Shown here piece by piece: positions 9,332 to 18,628 of a DNA stretch of 43,075 nucleotides. A program made the translations under genes and the position numbers. Each line of letters opens with the position of its first letter. Within the stretch, counting starts at the first letter, position 1. The notes beneath the pieces are model-generated. The model was not told the DNA's origin and searched no databases. It saw only the letters and a program-made list of their open reading frames with translations. Source of the stretch: Patescibacteria group bacterium. GTDB lineage: Bacteria; Patescibacteriota; Minisyncoccia; Moranbacterales; UBA1568. The stretch spans positions 1 to 43,075 of the forward strand of contig JBBTWC010000001.1 in the NCBI GenBank assembly GCA_038062975.1. Reading direction: 5' to 3'.

Positions 9332-9856
9332 ATGAAAGTACACGCAACCCTCAACAACCTAAGAATCTCTCCTCGCAAAGTTCGTCTTGTGACGCATGCT
9401 TTGATTGGAGTAGATGCAAAAGAAGCTGTGCTTCAGCTTGATAAGCAAGTAAAGCGTACAGCTCTTCCTTTGCAGAAATTGCTCGAGAGTACACTTTCGA
9501 ATGCTATTCATAACTTTGGATTGGATGAGGCAAACCTCTATATTTCAGAAATTCGTGTAGGAGATGGATTGAAACTCAAGCGTTGGCTTCCACGAGCTTT
9601 TGGACGAGCAACTCCTCTGATTCGCCGTGGTTCGAATGTAACCTTGTTTCTTGAAGAAAAGGTTGAAGGAAAAAACCGTAAGACTGTAAAGAAGAAGGTA
9701 GAAAAAGTAGTACTCCCAGATACTGAAATTGCTGATGAAGAAAAGGAAGAGAAGATTTCACAGGGAGGACGACCTCTGATCGACAAGAAGGACGTTTCTA
9801 ATAAAGGTATGCAGAAGGGTGTAGCTAAAAAAGTATTCCAACGCAAAGCGATATAA
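9332..9856 (+). CDS. rplV: 50S ribosomal protein L22 with a charged C-terminal extension
   Basis: RISPRKVRLV, NA.HN, KRWLPRAFGRA. Confidence 0.98.
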   Translation: MKVHATLNNLRISPRKVRLVTHALIGVDAKEAVLQLDKQVKRTALPLQKLLESTLSNAIHNFGLDEANLYISEIRVGDGLKLKRWLPRAFGRATPLIRRGSNVTLFLEEKVEGKNRKTVKKKVEKVVLPDTEIADEEKEEKISQGGRPLIDKKDVSNKGMQKGVAKKVFQRKAI

Positions 9857-9860
9857 TCCT

Positions 9861-10520
9861 ATGGGCAATAAAGTTAATCCAACTGGTATCCGTCTTGGTA
9901 TCACGACTCAGTGGCAGTCGCGCTGGTTTGGCGATAAAAAGATGTACCGCGAACAGCTTCGCAAGGATGTAGAAATCCGCGAGCTTATCGTGAAGAAGTG
10001 GAAAGCAGCTGCGATTGCTTCGGTAAACATCGAACGCTCTTCAGGTCTGATCCGTATTATCATCCACACTTCCCGTCCTGGTGTTTTGATTGGTCGTGGA
10101 GGAACGGGTATCGAAGATCTGACTCGCGTAGTGAAAAAGCGTTTCTTTGCTGGAAAGAAGATTGATATGAAGGTGGAAGTCCAGGAAGTGAAGCAGGCTG
10201 AAGCCAACGCGATGTTGGTAGCTCAGCAAGTAGCTGAACAGTTGGAACGCCGTATGCCATTCCGTCGTATCTTGAAAGGGATGCTCGACCAAGTTGAAGC
10301 CAACAAGGGTATTGAAGGAGCAAAGATTGAAATTTGTGGACGTCTCGGAGGAGCTGAAATGTCACGTCGCGAATGGCTCTCACGCGGAAAAATCCCTCTT
10401 CATACATTGCGCGCTGATATTGATTTTGCACGTTATGAAGCGAATACAACCTACGGAGTAATCGGTATCAAGGTTTGGATTTACAAGGGAGAGAAGTTTA
10501 TTGAAGAAACCAACGAGTAA
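9861..10520 (+). CDS. rpsC: 30S ribosomal protein S3
   Basis: GNKVNPTGIRLG, RPGVLIG, GRLGGAEMSR, PLHTLRADID. Confidence 0.99.
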   Translation: MGNKVNPTGIRLGITTQWQSRWFGDKKMYREQLRKDVEIRELIVKKWKAAAIASVNIERSSGLIRIIIHTSRPGVLIGRGGTGIEDLTRVVKKRFFAGKKIDMKVEVQEVKQAEANAMLVAQQVAEQLERRMPFRRILKGMLDQVEANKGIEGAKIEICGRLGGAEMSRREWLSRGKIPLHTLRADIDFARYEANTTYGVIGIKVWIYKGEKFIEETNE

Positions 10521-10529
10521 GAGAACTGT

Positions 10530-10943
10530 ATGCTGTTAATGCCACGAAAAGTAAAACACAGAAAGCACCACCGAGGAGGATGGTCGGGAAGTCCGGCAAC
10601 CCGCGGTGCTGAGGTGAGCTTTGGAAGCTTCGGATTGAAGTCTCTCGAAGAAGGCCTTATCACTGCTCGTCAGATCGAGGCAGCACGTCGTGCTATGACT
10701 CGTTCTATCCAGCGCGGAGGAAAGGTGTGGATTCGGGTATTTCCGGATAAGCCAATGACCAAGAAGGGTGAACAAACTCCGATGGGTAAGGGTAAAGGAA
10801 GTGTTGATCACTTCGTTGCCAAGATCCGAGCCGGAAAGGTATTGTTTGAACTCGATGGTATTTCAAAGACAGCAGCAGTCGAGGCCATGCGTCTCGCGGC
10901 TCACAAGTTGGGAGTCAAGACCAAGTTTATAGAGAAGCAATAA
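10530..10943 (+). CDS. rplP: 50S ribosomal protein L16
   Basis: [23 protein letters not shown]. Confidence 0.99.
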   Translation: MLLMPRKVKHRKHHRGGWSGSPATRGAEVSFGSFGLKSLEEGLITARQIEAARRAMTRSIQRGGKVWIRVFPDKPMTKKGEQTPMGKGKGSVDHFVAKIRAGKVLFELDGISKTAAVEAMRLAAHKLGVKTKFIEKQ

Positions 10944-10953
10944 AGATTTCGTT

Positions 10954-11169
10954 ATGAAAGCACAAGAGTGGAGAGAAAAAAATGTTGCCGAGCGTAAGCA
11001 AGCGCTCATCGAACTTCAGGATAAGTCCCGGAAGCTCCGTTTTGACTTGGCTACTCGTGAAGCAAAGAACCATAGCGAACTCGGAAAGATAAAGAAAGAC
11101 ATTGCTCGCCTCCTCACTATTGGCCGCGAAGTAGAAGTAAGCCTTGACGAAACGCCTGAATCCAAGTAG
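10954..11169 (+). CDS. rpmC: 50S ribosomal protein L29
   Basis: LRF, KKDIARLLT; position between rplP and rpsQ. Confidence 0.95.
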   Translation: MKAQEWREKNVAERKQALIELQDKSRKLRFDLATREAKNHSELGKIKKDIARLLTIGREVEVSLDETPESK

Positions 11170-11191
11170 GATTTCTCTTTACCATACATCT

Positions 11192-11452
11192 ATGAAACAA
11201 GTTGAATCAAAGGAAAAAGTGAATAAGGCGCCAAAGTGGAAAGGCACCGTAGTAAGCGACAAAATGGATAAAACCATTGTTGTGAAGGTGGATACCTTAA
11301 AGACTCATTCAAAGTACCTCAAGCAGTATCGTTCCAGTAAGAAGTACAAGGTACACGATGAGGAAAACAAGCACAAGATAGGAGATGTGGTTACGTTTGA
11401 AGAGTGCCGACCACGAAGCAAAGACAAGCGTCATCAAATCGTGTCAGAATAA
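11192..11452 (+). CDS. rpsQ: 30S ribosomal protein S17
   Basis: GTVVSDKMDKTIVV, HDEEN, GD.V...ECRP.SK. Start taken at ATG 11192. Confidence 0.98.
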   Translation: MKQVESKEKVNKAPKWKGTVVSDKMDKTIVVKVDTLKTHSKYLKQYRSSKKYKVHDEENKHKIGDVVTFEECRPRSKDKRHQIVSE

Positions 11453-11473
11453 AAAGAGAATCAGAGAAGTTAT

Positions 11474-11845
11474 ATGATCCAAGTAGAAACCATGTTGAAA
11501 GTCGCGGATAACAGCGGTGCAAAAAGCATTAAGTGCTTTAAGGTGCTCGGGGGAACCCGTCGTCGTTACGCTGCGCTCGGCGATATTATCGTGGCTTCTG
11601 TAAAGTCTGCTGAACCACGCGGAATGGTCAAAAAGGGAGACAAAGTAAAGGCAGTGATCGTTCGTCAGCACAAAGAGTACCGACGTAAGGATAACTCCTA
11701 TATCCGTTTCGATGAGAATGCCGCTGTGATTTTGGATGCTAACAACCAAGACCCAAAGGGAACCCGTATTTTCGGTCCAATCGCTCGTGAACTCCGTGAA
11801 AAGGGATTCTCGAAGATTGTTTCACTCGCTCCTGAAGTACTGTAA
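11474..11845 (+). CDS. rplN: 50S ribosomal protein L14
   Basis: [29 protein letters not shown]. Confidence 0.99.
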   Translation: MIQVETMLKVADNSGAKSIKCFKVLGGTRRRYAALGDIIVASVKSAEPRGMVKKGDKVKAVIVRQHKEYRRKDNSYIRFDENAAVILDANNQDPKGTRIFGPIARELREKGFSKIVSLAPEVL

Positions 11846-11854
11846 AGCAAACGT

Positions 11855-12160
11855 ATGAAGATCAAGAAAGGCGACCAAGTTGAAGTCATATCAGGCAAAG
11901 ACCGCGGAAAGCGTGGTGAAGTGCTGGTTGTTTTGTCGCAAGTCGAAAGAGTTGTGGTCAAAGGAGCAAACATAATGACTCGCCATATCAAGGCTCGTCG
12001 TGATGGTCAGAAAGGTGAGCGTATTGAAAAAGAAGCTCCTATCCATGTTTCAAATGTTATGTTGGTCTGCCCAGAAACAAACAAGCCAACACGCATTGGA
12101 TACAAAATTGAAGGAAAGGAAAAAGTTCGTGTAAGTAAGCGATCAGGCAAAACCCTCTAG
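11855..12160 (+). CDS. rplX: 50S ribosomal protein L24
   Basis: [23 protein letters not shown]. Confidence 0.99.
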   Translation: MKIKKGDQVEVISGKDRGKRGEVLVVLSQVERVVVKGANIMTRHIKARRDGQKGERIEKEAPIHVSNVMLVCPETNKPTRIGYKIEGKEKVRVSKRSGKTL

Positions 12161-12163
12161 TCT

Positions 12164-12727
12164 ATGAAAACTCCGAATGTAAAAACAATTTATACGGACA
12201 AGGCTGTTCCGGGAATGAAGAAAGACTTGGGTATCAAGAACCCAATGGCTTTGCCTCGAGTTGCCAAGATAGTCGTCAATGCTGGTATTGGTAAGGTCCT
12301 CAAAGACACCAAGCGCGTTGAAGAAATGGTAACGTCTCTTGAAGCGATTACCGGACAGAAGATTGTTATGACTCAGGCAAAAAAGGCTATTGCTGGATTT
12401 AAAATCCGCGAAGGACTCGAAGTTGGTATGCGTACGACTCTTCATGGTGAGCGCATGTGGGACTTCTTGGACCGCTTGCTCCACATTGCTCTTCCACGTG
12501 TACGTGATTTTCAGGGACTTTCTGCTTCTATTATTGATCAGAGTGGAAACTGCAATATCGGTATCAAAGAACACATGGTATTTCCTGAAATCGTTCCTGA
12601 GAAAGTTCAACACATGTTTAGTTTTCAAATCAATATTGTTACCACAGCAAAGAACAAAAAAGAAGGAGAAGCATTATTCCGTTTTCTTGGTCTTCCTCTT
12701 CAGGTTGAGGAGAATAAGAAAGATTAG
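12164..12727 (+). CDS. rplE: 50S ribosomal protein L5
   Basis: [29 protein letters not shown]. Confidence 0.99.
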   Translation: MKTPNVKTIYTDKAVPGMKKDLGIKNPMALPRVAKIVVNAGIGKVLKDTKRVEEMVTSLEAITGQKIVMTQAKKAIAGFKIREGLEVGMRTTLHGERMWDFLDRLLHIALPRVRDFQGLSASIIDQSGNCNIGIKEHMVFPEIVPEKVQHMFSFQINIVTTAKNKKEGEALFRFLGLPLQVEENKKD

Positions 12728-12738
12728 TAACATTCATT

Positions 12739-12924
12739 ATGGCAAAAACATCAACCCAGGCAAGAGCACTCAAGACACCGAAGTTTTCGACTCGTATCGT
12801 AAATCGATGTTGGAAGTGTGGTCGAAAGCACGGATATTTGCGCCGATTTGACCTTTGCCGTATTTGTTTTCGGGAGCTTGCCTCCACAGGACAGATACCG
12901 GGTGTGAAGAAGGCGTCCTGGTAA
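12739..12924 (+). CDS. rpsZ: 30S ribosomal protein S14, short zinc-binding (type Z) form
   Basis: 61 aa; RCWKCGR...[17 protein letters not shown]. Confidence 0.98.
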   Translation: MAKTSTQARALKTPKFSTRIVNRCWKCGRKHGYLRRFDLCRICFRELASTGQIPGVKKASW

Positions 12925-12959
12925 TATTAAGATGAATAGTGGTTTTATAAGAAATTTGT

Positions 12960-13364
12960 ATGCTTGATCCAATCGCAGATATGCTCACTCGGGTTCGTAA
13001 CGCTCAGGCTGCTGGCCATCAGAAGGTCTCAGTTGGTGCTTCGAATCTTAAACACAGAGTTGCCGAAATCCTTGTTCGCGAGGGCTTTGTTGAGCGTGTT
13101 GAAAAAGAAACAGAAGGTGTGCGCTCGACTCTGACTCTTTGGCTCAAGTATACCCAAGTGACACCGACAAAGCGTACCCCAGCTATTCAGGAGATTACTC
13201 GCGTCAGTAAGCAGGGTTGCCGTATTTATGTGAAAAGTCACGAAGTGAAGAAGGTAAAAAATGGATATGGTATTGCGATTCTTTCTACTTCTCAAGGTGT
13301 TATGACCGGAGGAGAGGCCTTTGCAAAAGGTTTGGGAGGAGAATACCTCTGTAAAGTCTGGTAA
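12960..13364 (+). CDS. rpsH: 30S ribosomal protein S8
   Basis: DPIADMLTRVRNA, STSQGVMT, GGE. Confidence 0.99.
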   Translation: MLDPIADMLTRVRNAQAAGHQKVSVGASNLKHRVAEILVREGFVERVEKETEGVRSTLTLWLKYTQVTPTKRTPAIQEITRVSKQGCRIYVKSHEVKKVKNGYGIAILSTSQGVMTGGEAFAKGLGGEYLCKVW

Positions 13365-13375
13365 AGAATATTTAT

Positions 13376-13912
13376 ATGAGTAGGATTGGAAAAAAACCAG
13401 TAGCCGTTCCAGCAGGGGTTGAAGTAACCCAGAAGTTGAACGTGATTCACGTAAAGGGACCAAAGGGAGAACTTTCTTTTGAACATCGCCGTGAAGTAAA
13501 AGTTTCTGTAGAAGGAAGCGAGATTCAGGTATCGAAAGTAGGCTCAACCAAGTTGGCACAGGCCTTGTGGGGAACGACTGCCAAAAGCATTGAAAATATG
13601 TTTGTTGGTGTTACCGAAGGTTTCACGAAGCAACTGGAACTCAATGGAGTTGGATACCGTATGTCTCTTAGTGGATCAAAGGTAACCTTTGCGCTTGGTT
13701 TTTCCCATCCAGTTGAAATGGTGGTTCCAGCCGGTCTCGAAGCAAAGGTAGAAGGAAACGTGTTAACGATCTCAGGTATCGATAAGCAATCTGTTGGACA
13801 GTTTGCAGCGGTAGTGAGAAAATTGAAGCCCGTTGAACCGTACAAAGGAAAAGGTTTCCGCTATGTAGGAGAAATTGTACGTCGCAAGGAAGGTAAGAAG
13901 GCATCCGCATAA
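13376..13912 (+). CDS. rplF: 50S ribosomal protein L6
   Basis: [29 protein letters not shown]. Confidence 0.99.
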   Translation: MSRIGKKPVAVPAGVEVTQKLNVIHVKGPKGELSFEHRREVKVSVEGSEIQVSKVGSTKLAQALWGTTAKSIENMFVGVTEGFTKQLELNGVGYRMSLSGSKVTFALGFSHPVEMVVPAGLEAKVEGNVLTISGIDKQSVGQFAAVVRKLKPVEPYKGKGFRYVGEIVRRKEGKKASA

Positions 13913-13929
13913 ATCAAGAGAGTACCCTT

Positions 13930-14286
13930 ATGTTGAAACAAGAATCACGACAATTGAAACGCGCTGCACGAAAGCGTCGTATCCGCGCAAAGATATCTGG
14001 CACTGCCACTTGTCCTCGTCTTTCTGTTTTCCGGAGCCTTCGAAATATTTCTGTGCAGGCTATTGATGATGTAGCGCAGAAAACCCTGACCCAGGCTAAT
14101 ATTACTGATCTTGGAAAGAAAGCAAAGAATACCCTTGAAGGAGCTGCTTTGGTAGGGAAGTTGATTGCAGAACGTTTGAAAGAGCAGGGTATCGAAGAGG
14201 CAGTATTTGATCGCGGAGGATATCGTTATCATGGAAAGGTAAAGGCGCTCGCCGATGCTGCCCGTGAAAATGGATTACTTGTATAA
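13930..14286 (+). CDS. rplR: 50S ribosomal protein L18
   Basis: [30 protein letters not shown]. Confidence 0.99.
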   Translation: MLKQESRQLKRAARKRRIRAKISGTATCPRLSVFRSLRNISVQAIDDVAQKTLTQANITDLGKKAKNTLEGAALVGKLIAERLKEQGIEEAVFDRGGYRYHGKVKALADAARENGLLV

Positions 14287-14311
14287 ACTGATAAAGATTT
14301 CTTTATAACCT

Positions 14312-14836
14312 ATGGCACCGAATCCACGAAAAAAACAAGGTCGACGCGAGAAGCCAGAGTTTGAACAAAAACTCCTGAATTTGGCGCGCGTCACGCGTGT
14401 TGTAAAGGGTGGTCGCCGTTTCCGCTTCCGTGCCACACTGGTTATTGGAAACCGGAAGGGGAGAGTTGGTGTCGGAGTAGCGAAGGGTTCTGACGTCTCA
14501 GACGCTATCCAGAAGGCATTTAACGATGCGAAGAAGAATATGGTGTCTATTGAGCTTGCTGGATCTACTATTCCTCACGACATTTCTGCAAAGTTGGGAA
14601 GTGCGAAAGTACTCCTCAAGCCAGCACGTGAAGGACAGGGTGTTATTGCTGGAGGTGCTGTGCGTGCGGTGGTTGACCTTCTCGGAGTGAAGGATATCGT
14701 TTCCAAGTCTTTGGGAGCATCAAACCAGCTCAATGTTGCTCGTGTTACCGTGAAGGCTCTTCTTATGCTCAAGGCTCCTCGCGTTGCAACTCCAAAAGAA
14801 ACAAAACCAACACCTGAGGTTATCGAAACTGTGTAA
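14312..14836 (+). CDS. rpsE: 30S ribosomal protein S5
   Basis: RVTRVVKGGRRFRF, GVIAGGAVR, KSLG. Confidence 0.99.
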   Translation: MAPNPRKKQGRREKPEFEQKLLNLARVTRVVKGGRRFRFRATLVIGNRKGRVGVGVAKGSDVSDAIQKAFNDAKKNMVSIELAGSTIPHDISAKLGSAKVLLKPAREGQGVIAGGAVRAVVDLLGVKDIVSKSLGASNQLNVARVTVKALLMLKAPRVATPKETKPTPEVIETV

Positions 14837-14863
14837 ATCCTTCTGTAATAGAGAGACAATACT

Positions 14864-15286
14864 ATGCAAATTCACGAACTTACATTAGCGCCTCGTAAAG
14901 GCAAGAAACGCATTGGGCGTGGCGGAAAGCGTGGAACCACGGCTGGACGCGGAACAAAGGGGCAGAAGGCTCGAAGTGGAGCAGCTGTCGATCCTCTCTT
15001 TGAAGGTGGACGTTCAACGTTTATTGAGCGTTTGAAGAAGCTTCGTGGAGTAAAGTCTATTCATGCTAAGAAGCACACCGTTACTCTTTCTCGTATTGAT
15101 GAAGCGTACCAAGAGGGGGATTCTGTAACCGTACAGTCCTTGGTAGAGAAAAAACTTGTTTCTAAAAAAGCTCTGAAAGAGGGCGTCAAGATCGTGGCGA
15201 CCGGAACTCTTTCAAAAAAGCTTTCTCTTGCAGAGGGTATTTCCGCTTCAGAAAAGGCAAAAGAAGCCTTCGGAATCGCTGCCTAG
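14864..15286 (+). CDS. rplO: 50S ribosomal protein L15
   Basis: RIGRGG..G.TAGRG.KGQKARSG, FEGG. Confidence 0.98.
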   Translation: MQIHELTLAPRKGKKRIGRGGKRGTTAGRGTKGQKARSGAAVDPLFEGGRSTFIERLKKLRGVKSIHAKKHTVTLSRIDEAYQEGDSVTVQSLVEKKLVSKKALKEGVKIVATGTLSKKLSLAEGISASEKAKEAFGIAA

Positions 15287-15312
15287 ACTGCTCTTTAGCG
15301 GTACGGTATACT
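15284..15312 (+). promoter_or_regulatory. Possible internal promoter for secY-adk-map-yqgF
   Basis: TAGACT-17bp-TATACT overlapping the rplO stop codon. Confidence 0.4.
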
Positions 15313-15343
15313 TCTTTCGTAGGGATATACCAAACAAACTTCA

Positions 15344-16615
15344 ATGCTCAAGATTCTCAATTCTCTTTTTCGAGTAGCCGAGCTCAGAAATAAAATCCTT
15401 TTTATTCTGGGCCTTTTGGTTATTTATCGAATTGCAGCCAATATCCCGCTCCCAGGAGTGGATGTCTTAGCGTTGCGCCGTCTTTTTGATCAGAATGCCT
15501 TTCTCGGACTTTTGAATATTTTTTCTGGTGGAGGACTTTCAAATATTTCTATTGTTCTTCTCGGAGTCGCTCCCTATATTACTGCATCGATTATCATGCA
15601 GCTTCTGACAACGATTGTTCCTTCTCTGGAACGATTGTACAAAGAAGAGGGAGAGCAGGGTCGCCAGAAATTCAACATGTGGACTCGCTGGATTACGGTG
15701 CCACTTGCAGCGCTGCAATCTTTCAGTATGCTGTCGCTCCTTCGTTCCCAGAATATTCTTGGAGACCTCAGTTCATTTAATATGGCGGTAATTATTATTA
15801 GTGCTACCGCTGGAACTATTTTTCTCATGTGGCTTGGAGAGCTTATTACCGAGAAGGGTCTTGGAAATGGAGTGTCAGTTATTATCTTTGCCGGAATTGT
15901 TTCGAGTCTTCCAACGATGTTTTCTCGTTTTCTCTCCACATGGGATCCGGGACAACTCTTTACGTATCTTATCTTCTTCGCAGTAGGAGCTATTACTATT
16001 GCCGGAGTAATCTTTATTAATGAGGGACAGCGAACGGTTCCGGTAGCCTATGCAAAGCGGGTGCGAGGAGCACAAGTTTATGGAGGCGCTGCGACGCACT
16101 TGCCACTAAAGGTAAACCAGGCGGGTGTAATCCCTATTATCTTTGCTGTTTCTTTGATCTTGATTCCAACCATGGTAGCAAATTACTTAGCTCAGGCAGG
16201 AACTGGTCAGGTAGCGAGTATGGCTGTTTCAGCGAGTGCGTGGCTCCAGAATCAGTGGGTCTACGGAAGTTTGTACTTTACACTTGTTGTTTTGTTTACC
16301 TATTTCTATACAGCGGTTGTTTTTGATCCAGCGAAGATTGCTGAGAATCTCCAGAAACAAGGAGGATATGTTCCGGGTATTCGTCCTGGAGTTATGACTG
16401 CTGATCATCTTTCACATATTATCAATCGTATTACCGTCGCAGGATCTTTGTTCTTGGGCCTTATCGCTGTTCTCCCTTTCATCGTGCAGGGACTTACAGG
16501 TATCCAGTCGCTCTCTTTGGGAGGTGTCAGTATCCTGATAGCCGTATCGGTGGTGCTTGAGCTTATCAAGCACGTCCAGAGCCAGCTCGCTATGCGAAGC
16601 TACGAATCTTTCTAG
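15344..16615 (+). CDS. secY: Preprotein translocase subunit SecY
   Basis: LGVAPYITASIIMQLL, GLGNGVS, AGVIPIIFA, PGIRPG; multi-TM. Confidence 0.99.
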   Translation: MLKILNSLFRVAELRNKILFILGLLVIYRIAANIPLPGVDVLALRRLFDQNAFLGLLNIFSGGGLSNISIVLLGVAPYITASIIMQLLTTIVPSLERLYKEEGEQGRQKFNMWTRWITVPLAALQSFSMLSLLRSQNILGDLSSFNMAVIIISATAGTIFLMWLGELITEKGLGNGVSVIIFAGIVSSLPTMFSRFLSTWDPGQLFTYLIFFAVGAITIAGVIFINEGQRTVPVAYAKRVRGAQVYGGAATHLPLKVNQAGVIPIIFAVSLILIPTMVANYLAQAGTGQVASMAVSASAWLQNQWVYGSLYFTLVVLFTYFYTAVVFDPAKIAENLQKQGGYVPGIRPGVMTADHLSHIINRITVAGSLFLGLIAVLPFIVQGLTGIQSLSLGGVSILIAVSVVLELIKHVQSQLAMRSYESF

Positions 16616-16657
16616 TAGTTTCGTTCTTGTTATTAAAGAGAGAAACGTTTTTTGACT

Positions 16658-17320
16658 ATGCATACATCACACTATATTCTCCTGGGTCCGCCAGGGAGTG
16701 GAAAAAGTACACAAGCAGAACTTTTGAAGAAAACATTTCGTTTGACGCATGTTGATATTGGATCTGAATTGCGAGCAGCGTCAGAAAAAGATACAGAACT
16801 CGGCCGAGAGATTAATCACATCATTAATGATCGGAAAGAGCTGGTTCCGGATTCTATCGTCGGAAAAGTTCTTGAGAGTATTTTACGTGATATGCCTGAG
16901 GATCAGGGAGTGCTTATCGATGGCGCACCACGGAGACTTTCTCAAATTGATGAAGTGCTCGATGCTCTCCAACTTTTTGGCAGAGAGATCTCGGGAGTTA
17001 TTTTTATCGAACTTTCTGAAAAGGAATCCGTAGAACGAATTTCACGACGTTTCTTGTGTTTTGGTTGTCACAGGCCGTATATTCTTGGAAAAGACACCGC
17101 TATTGAAACGGGTACTTGTCCGGTATGTGGCGGGAAGATTGGTCAGCGAAAGGATGATACTCCAGAGGGTGTACGAAAGCGTTTCCAGGTGTTTCATACA
17201 GATACCCTTCCGGTGATTGCTCATTTTGAAGAAAAGGGCTTACTTATACGTATTGATGGACACCAAACATCTGAAGAAATTTCAGGGGAGATTATGAGAA
17301 AAATACAGGCAAAGAATTAA
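16658..17320 (+). CDS. adk: Adenylate kinase with a zinc-binding LID
   Basis: GPPGSGKSTQ, DGAPR, CFGC...CPVC, QRKDD. Start taken at ATG 16658. Confidence 0.95.
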   Translation: MHTSHYILLGPPGSGKSTQAELLKKTFRLTHVDIGSELRAASEKDTELGREINHIINDRKELVPDSIVGKVLESILRDMPEDQGVLIDGAPRRLSQIDEVLDALQLFGREISGVIFIELSEKESVERISRRFLCFGCHRPYILGKDTAIETGTCPVCGGKIGQRKDDTPEGVRKRFQVFHTDTLPVIAHFEEKGLLIRIDGHQTSEEISGEIMRKIQAKN

Positions 17321-17331
17321 GATATATTTTT

Positions 17332-18105
17332 GTGGCATCACTTATAAAAACAGAAGATGAGATAGCTCGAATGCGAGAGTCTGGGAAAAGATTGGCTCGT
17401 GTGCTTGAGACGGTTATTGCCTCTGTTCGTCCAGGAGTGACCACTCTTGAGCTCGATACGCTCGCAGAGAAACTTATTCGTGAATCCGGAGGAATACCGG
17501 TTTTTAAAGGATACGGCGCAGGAGGAAATGTACCCTTTCCAGGATCGCTTTGTACTTCTTTAAACAATGAAGTTGTGCATGGCATACCTTCTGATACCAG
17601 AGTCGTTCAAGAAGGGGATCTTTTGAAGTTGGATATCGGGATGCGATTTGAAGGTATGGTAACCGATATGGCACGGACAGTGGCCGTGGGCGTCGTTTCT
17701 CCTGAGGCAGAGAAGCTTCTTTCTGTAACAAAAGAAGGTCTGGAAAGAGGTATCACGATGCTTCGTCCAGGAGCGCGGATCAATGAGTATGCTGAAGCTG
17801 TCCAGACGTTTGTAGAACAAAATGGATTTTCTGTCGTACGTGACCTTGTGGGCCATGGTGTTGGCCATGAGCTTCATGAAGAACCGCAGGTACCAAATTA
17901 TGTCTCACGGAGCATGCGGAATTTCATTCTTGAGAAGGGCATGACTTTGGCGTTAGAGCCAATGGTGAACGCGGGAACATTTTCTGTTGATGTCGCTTCA
18001 GACGATTGGACGTTTATTACTTCAGATGATCGATTGTCAGCTCATTTTGAAGATACTATTGTTATTACACAAGACGGAGCAGAAGTGCTGACGCGTATAG
18101 CTTAA
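17332..18105 (+). CDS. map: Methionine aminopeptidase type I
   Basis: SLNNEVVHGIP, DIG, D.ART, GHGVG..LHEEP, EPM, SAHFEDT. Confidence 0.98.
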   Translation: MASLIKTEDEIARMRESGKRLARVLETVIASVRPGVTTLELDTLAEKLIRESGGIPVFKGYGAGGNVPFPGSLCTSLNNEVVHGIPSDTRVVQEGDLLKLDIGMRFEGMVTDMARTVAVGVVSPEAEKLLSVTKEGLERGITMLRPGARINEYAEAVQTFVEQNGFSVVRDLVGHGVGHELHEEPQVPNYVSRSMRNFILEKGMTLALEPMVNAGTFSVDVASDDWTFITSDDRLSAHFEDTIVITQDGAEVLTRIA

Positions 18106-18114
18106 AGAACCGTA

Positions 18115-18516
18115 ATGCAAGAACACAAGAATTATCTTGGTATTGATTGGGGCTCCACAAAAGTAGGCCTCGCTTTGGCACACCATGAAACCAATATAGC
18201 TTTAGGGTATGATATTTTTCAGAATAATCAGATGTTACTCCCTTCGCTTGGGAGCGTGATAGAAACAGAGGAGATAGGAACCGTTATCATTGGTGTTCCA
18301 AAGCATCTGAATCGAGATCAAGATGATTTTGGGGGACGTCTTCTTGGAAAAGAACTTACGAAACGCTTTGGAGTAATGGTTGTCTATCAAGACGAGATGT
18401 TTACAACTAAAATGGCTCAAGCAAATCTTATTGAACGTGGAGGGAAAGACATTTCCCAGACCGATGATCAGGAAGCTGCGCGTATTATTCTTGAAACATG
18501 GCTTGAGAAGCAATAA
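18115..18516 (+). CDS. ruvX: YqgF/RuvX family nuclease
   Basis: LGIDWG...GLA, IGVP, DEMFTT, D..AA.IILE. Confidence 0.92.
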   Translation: MQEHKNYLGIDWGSTKVGLALAHHETNIALGYDIFQNNQMLLPSLGSVIETEEIGTVIIGVPKHLNRDQDDFGGRLLGKELTKRFGVMVVYQDEMFTTKMAQANLIERGGKDISQTDDQEAARIILETWLEKQ

Positions 18517-18536
18517 TCTTTTTTAGGAGAGATTTG

Positions 18537-18570
18537 AAACCGGAGATTTTTTCCGGTTTTTCTTTTTTTT
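18537..18570 (+). terminator. Intrinsic terminator ending the ribosomal superoperon
   Basis: AAACCGGA-gattttt-TCCGGTTT followed by TTCTTTTTTTT. Confidence 0.8.
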
Positions 18571-18580
18571 CTGCCCTGTT

Positions 18581-18591
18581 TGTGGTATACT
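18581..18591 (+). promoter_or_regulatory. Extended -10 promoter for the GT2-galT-glycolysis cluster
   Basis: TGTGgTATACT just after the terminator, 38 bp before the ATG; no recognisable -35. Confidence 0.55.
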
Positions 18592-18628
18592 TCATACGTA
18601 AAAGGTAAATTCTTTAGTCGATTTTTCT

